This document shows, in pieces, positions 63,986 through 64,000 of a DNA stretch of 64,000 bases. Position 1 is the first letter of the stretch; the number at the start of each line of letters is the position of its first letter. Source of the stretch: Klebsiella phage iPHaGe-KPN-11i. Under the pieces are notes generated by a model. It ran no database searches. It had not been told where the DNA came from and worked only from the letters and a program-made list of their open reading frames with translations. A program made the position numbers and the translations under genes. Location of the stretch: the sequence record OR637327.1; one strand, 5' to 3'.

Positions 63986-64000
63986 TTCTTTGAAAGTGTC

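Noticed and set aside
1-64000. Integrase, transposase, IS elements or prophage att sites.
   Set aside because: No tyrosine or serine recombinase or DDE transposase motifs were recognised in any ORF. Gene density and content point to a virulent phage genome rather than an integrated element.

Overview
The window reads as a slice of a virulent, T4-related myovirus genome infecting an enterobacterial host. That is inferred from gene content (T4-like core genes, a host-identical GrcA stretch) and the dense, overlap-coupled packing of about 130 small genes. Its gene order is mosaic rather than T4-syntenic.

The left ~37 kb (+ strand) starts with a tail-tube-fold gene and a T4 gene-1-like dNMP kinase. 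It then runs through roughly 80 mostly small early/accessory genes. Recognisable among them are:
- a 2H phosphoesterase (Acb1/LigT-like)
- two Nudix proteins, one fused to an NMN adenylyltransferase
- a DUF262/ParB-like protein
- a Cys-rich Fe-S/radical-SAM-like enzyme
- an M15 L-Ala-D-Glu endolysin and a secreted lytic transglycosylase
- a PIN-PhoH ATPase
- thymidine kinase
- an SPFH protein
- a Pol-beta-type nucleotidyltransferase
- a C5 cytosine DNA methyltransferase
- three HNH-AP2 homing endonucleases
- a 748-aa vWA-domain protein flanked by two paralogous genes sharing the N-terminus MKIRSGFVSNSSSSSFI

The right ~27 kb (mostly - strand) holds:
- a morphogenesis operon (tape-measure-like protein through a gp25-like baseplate wedge protein)
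- T4-like DNA ligase
- a fourth HNH-AP2 endonuclease
- a NADAR-domain protein
- a GrcA glycyl-radical cofactor nearly identical to the host's
- two tRNAs (Gly-TCC, Met/Ile-CAT)
- a gp31-like co-chaperonin
- dCMP deaminase
- the T4-type tRNA-repair pair Pnk and RnlA
- a GIY-YIG endonuclease
- the nucleotide block nrdB-nrdA-td-frd

A conserved cassette recurs at least 10 times upstream of small, presumably highly expressed genes. It consists of a GC-rich terminator hairpin, an extended -10-like TGTTATATTA box and a CACACATCGAAACGAAACAG leader.

No CRISPR arrays or integrase/transposase genes were seen. All functional calls rest on motif and homology recognition by eye, without database searches.
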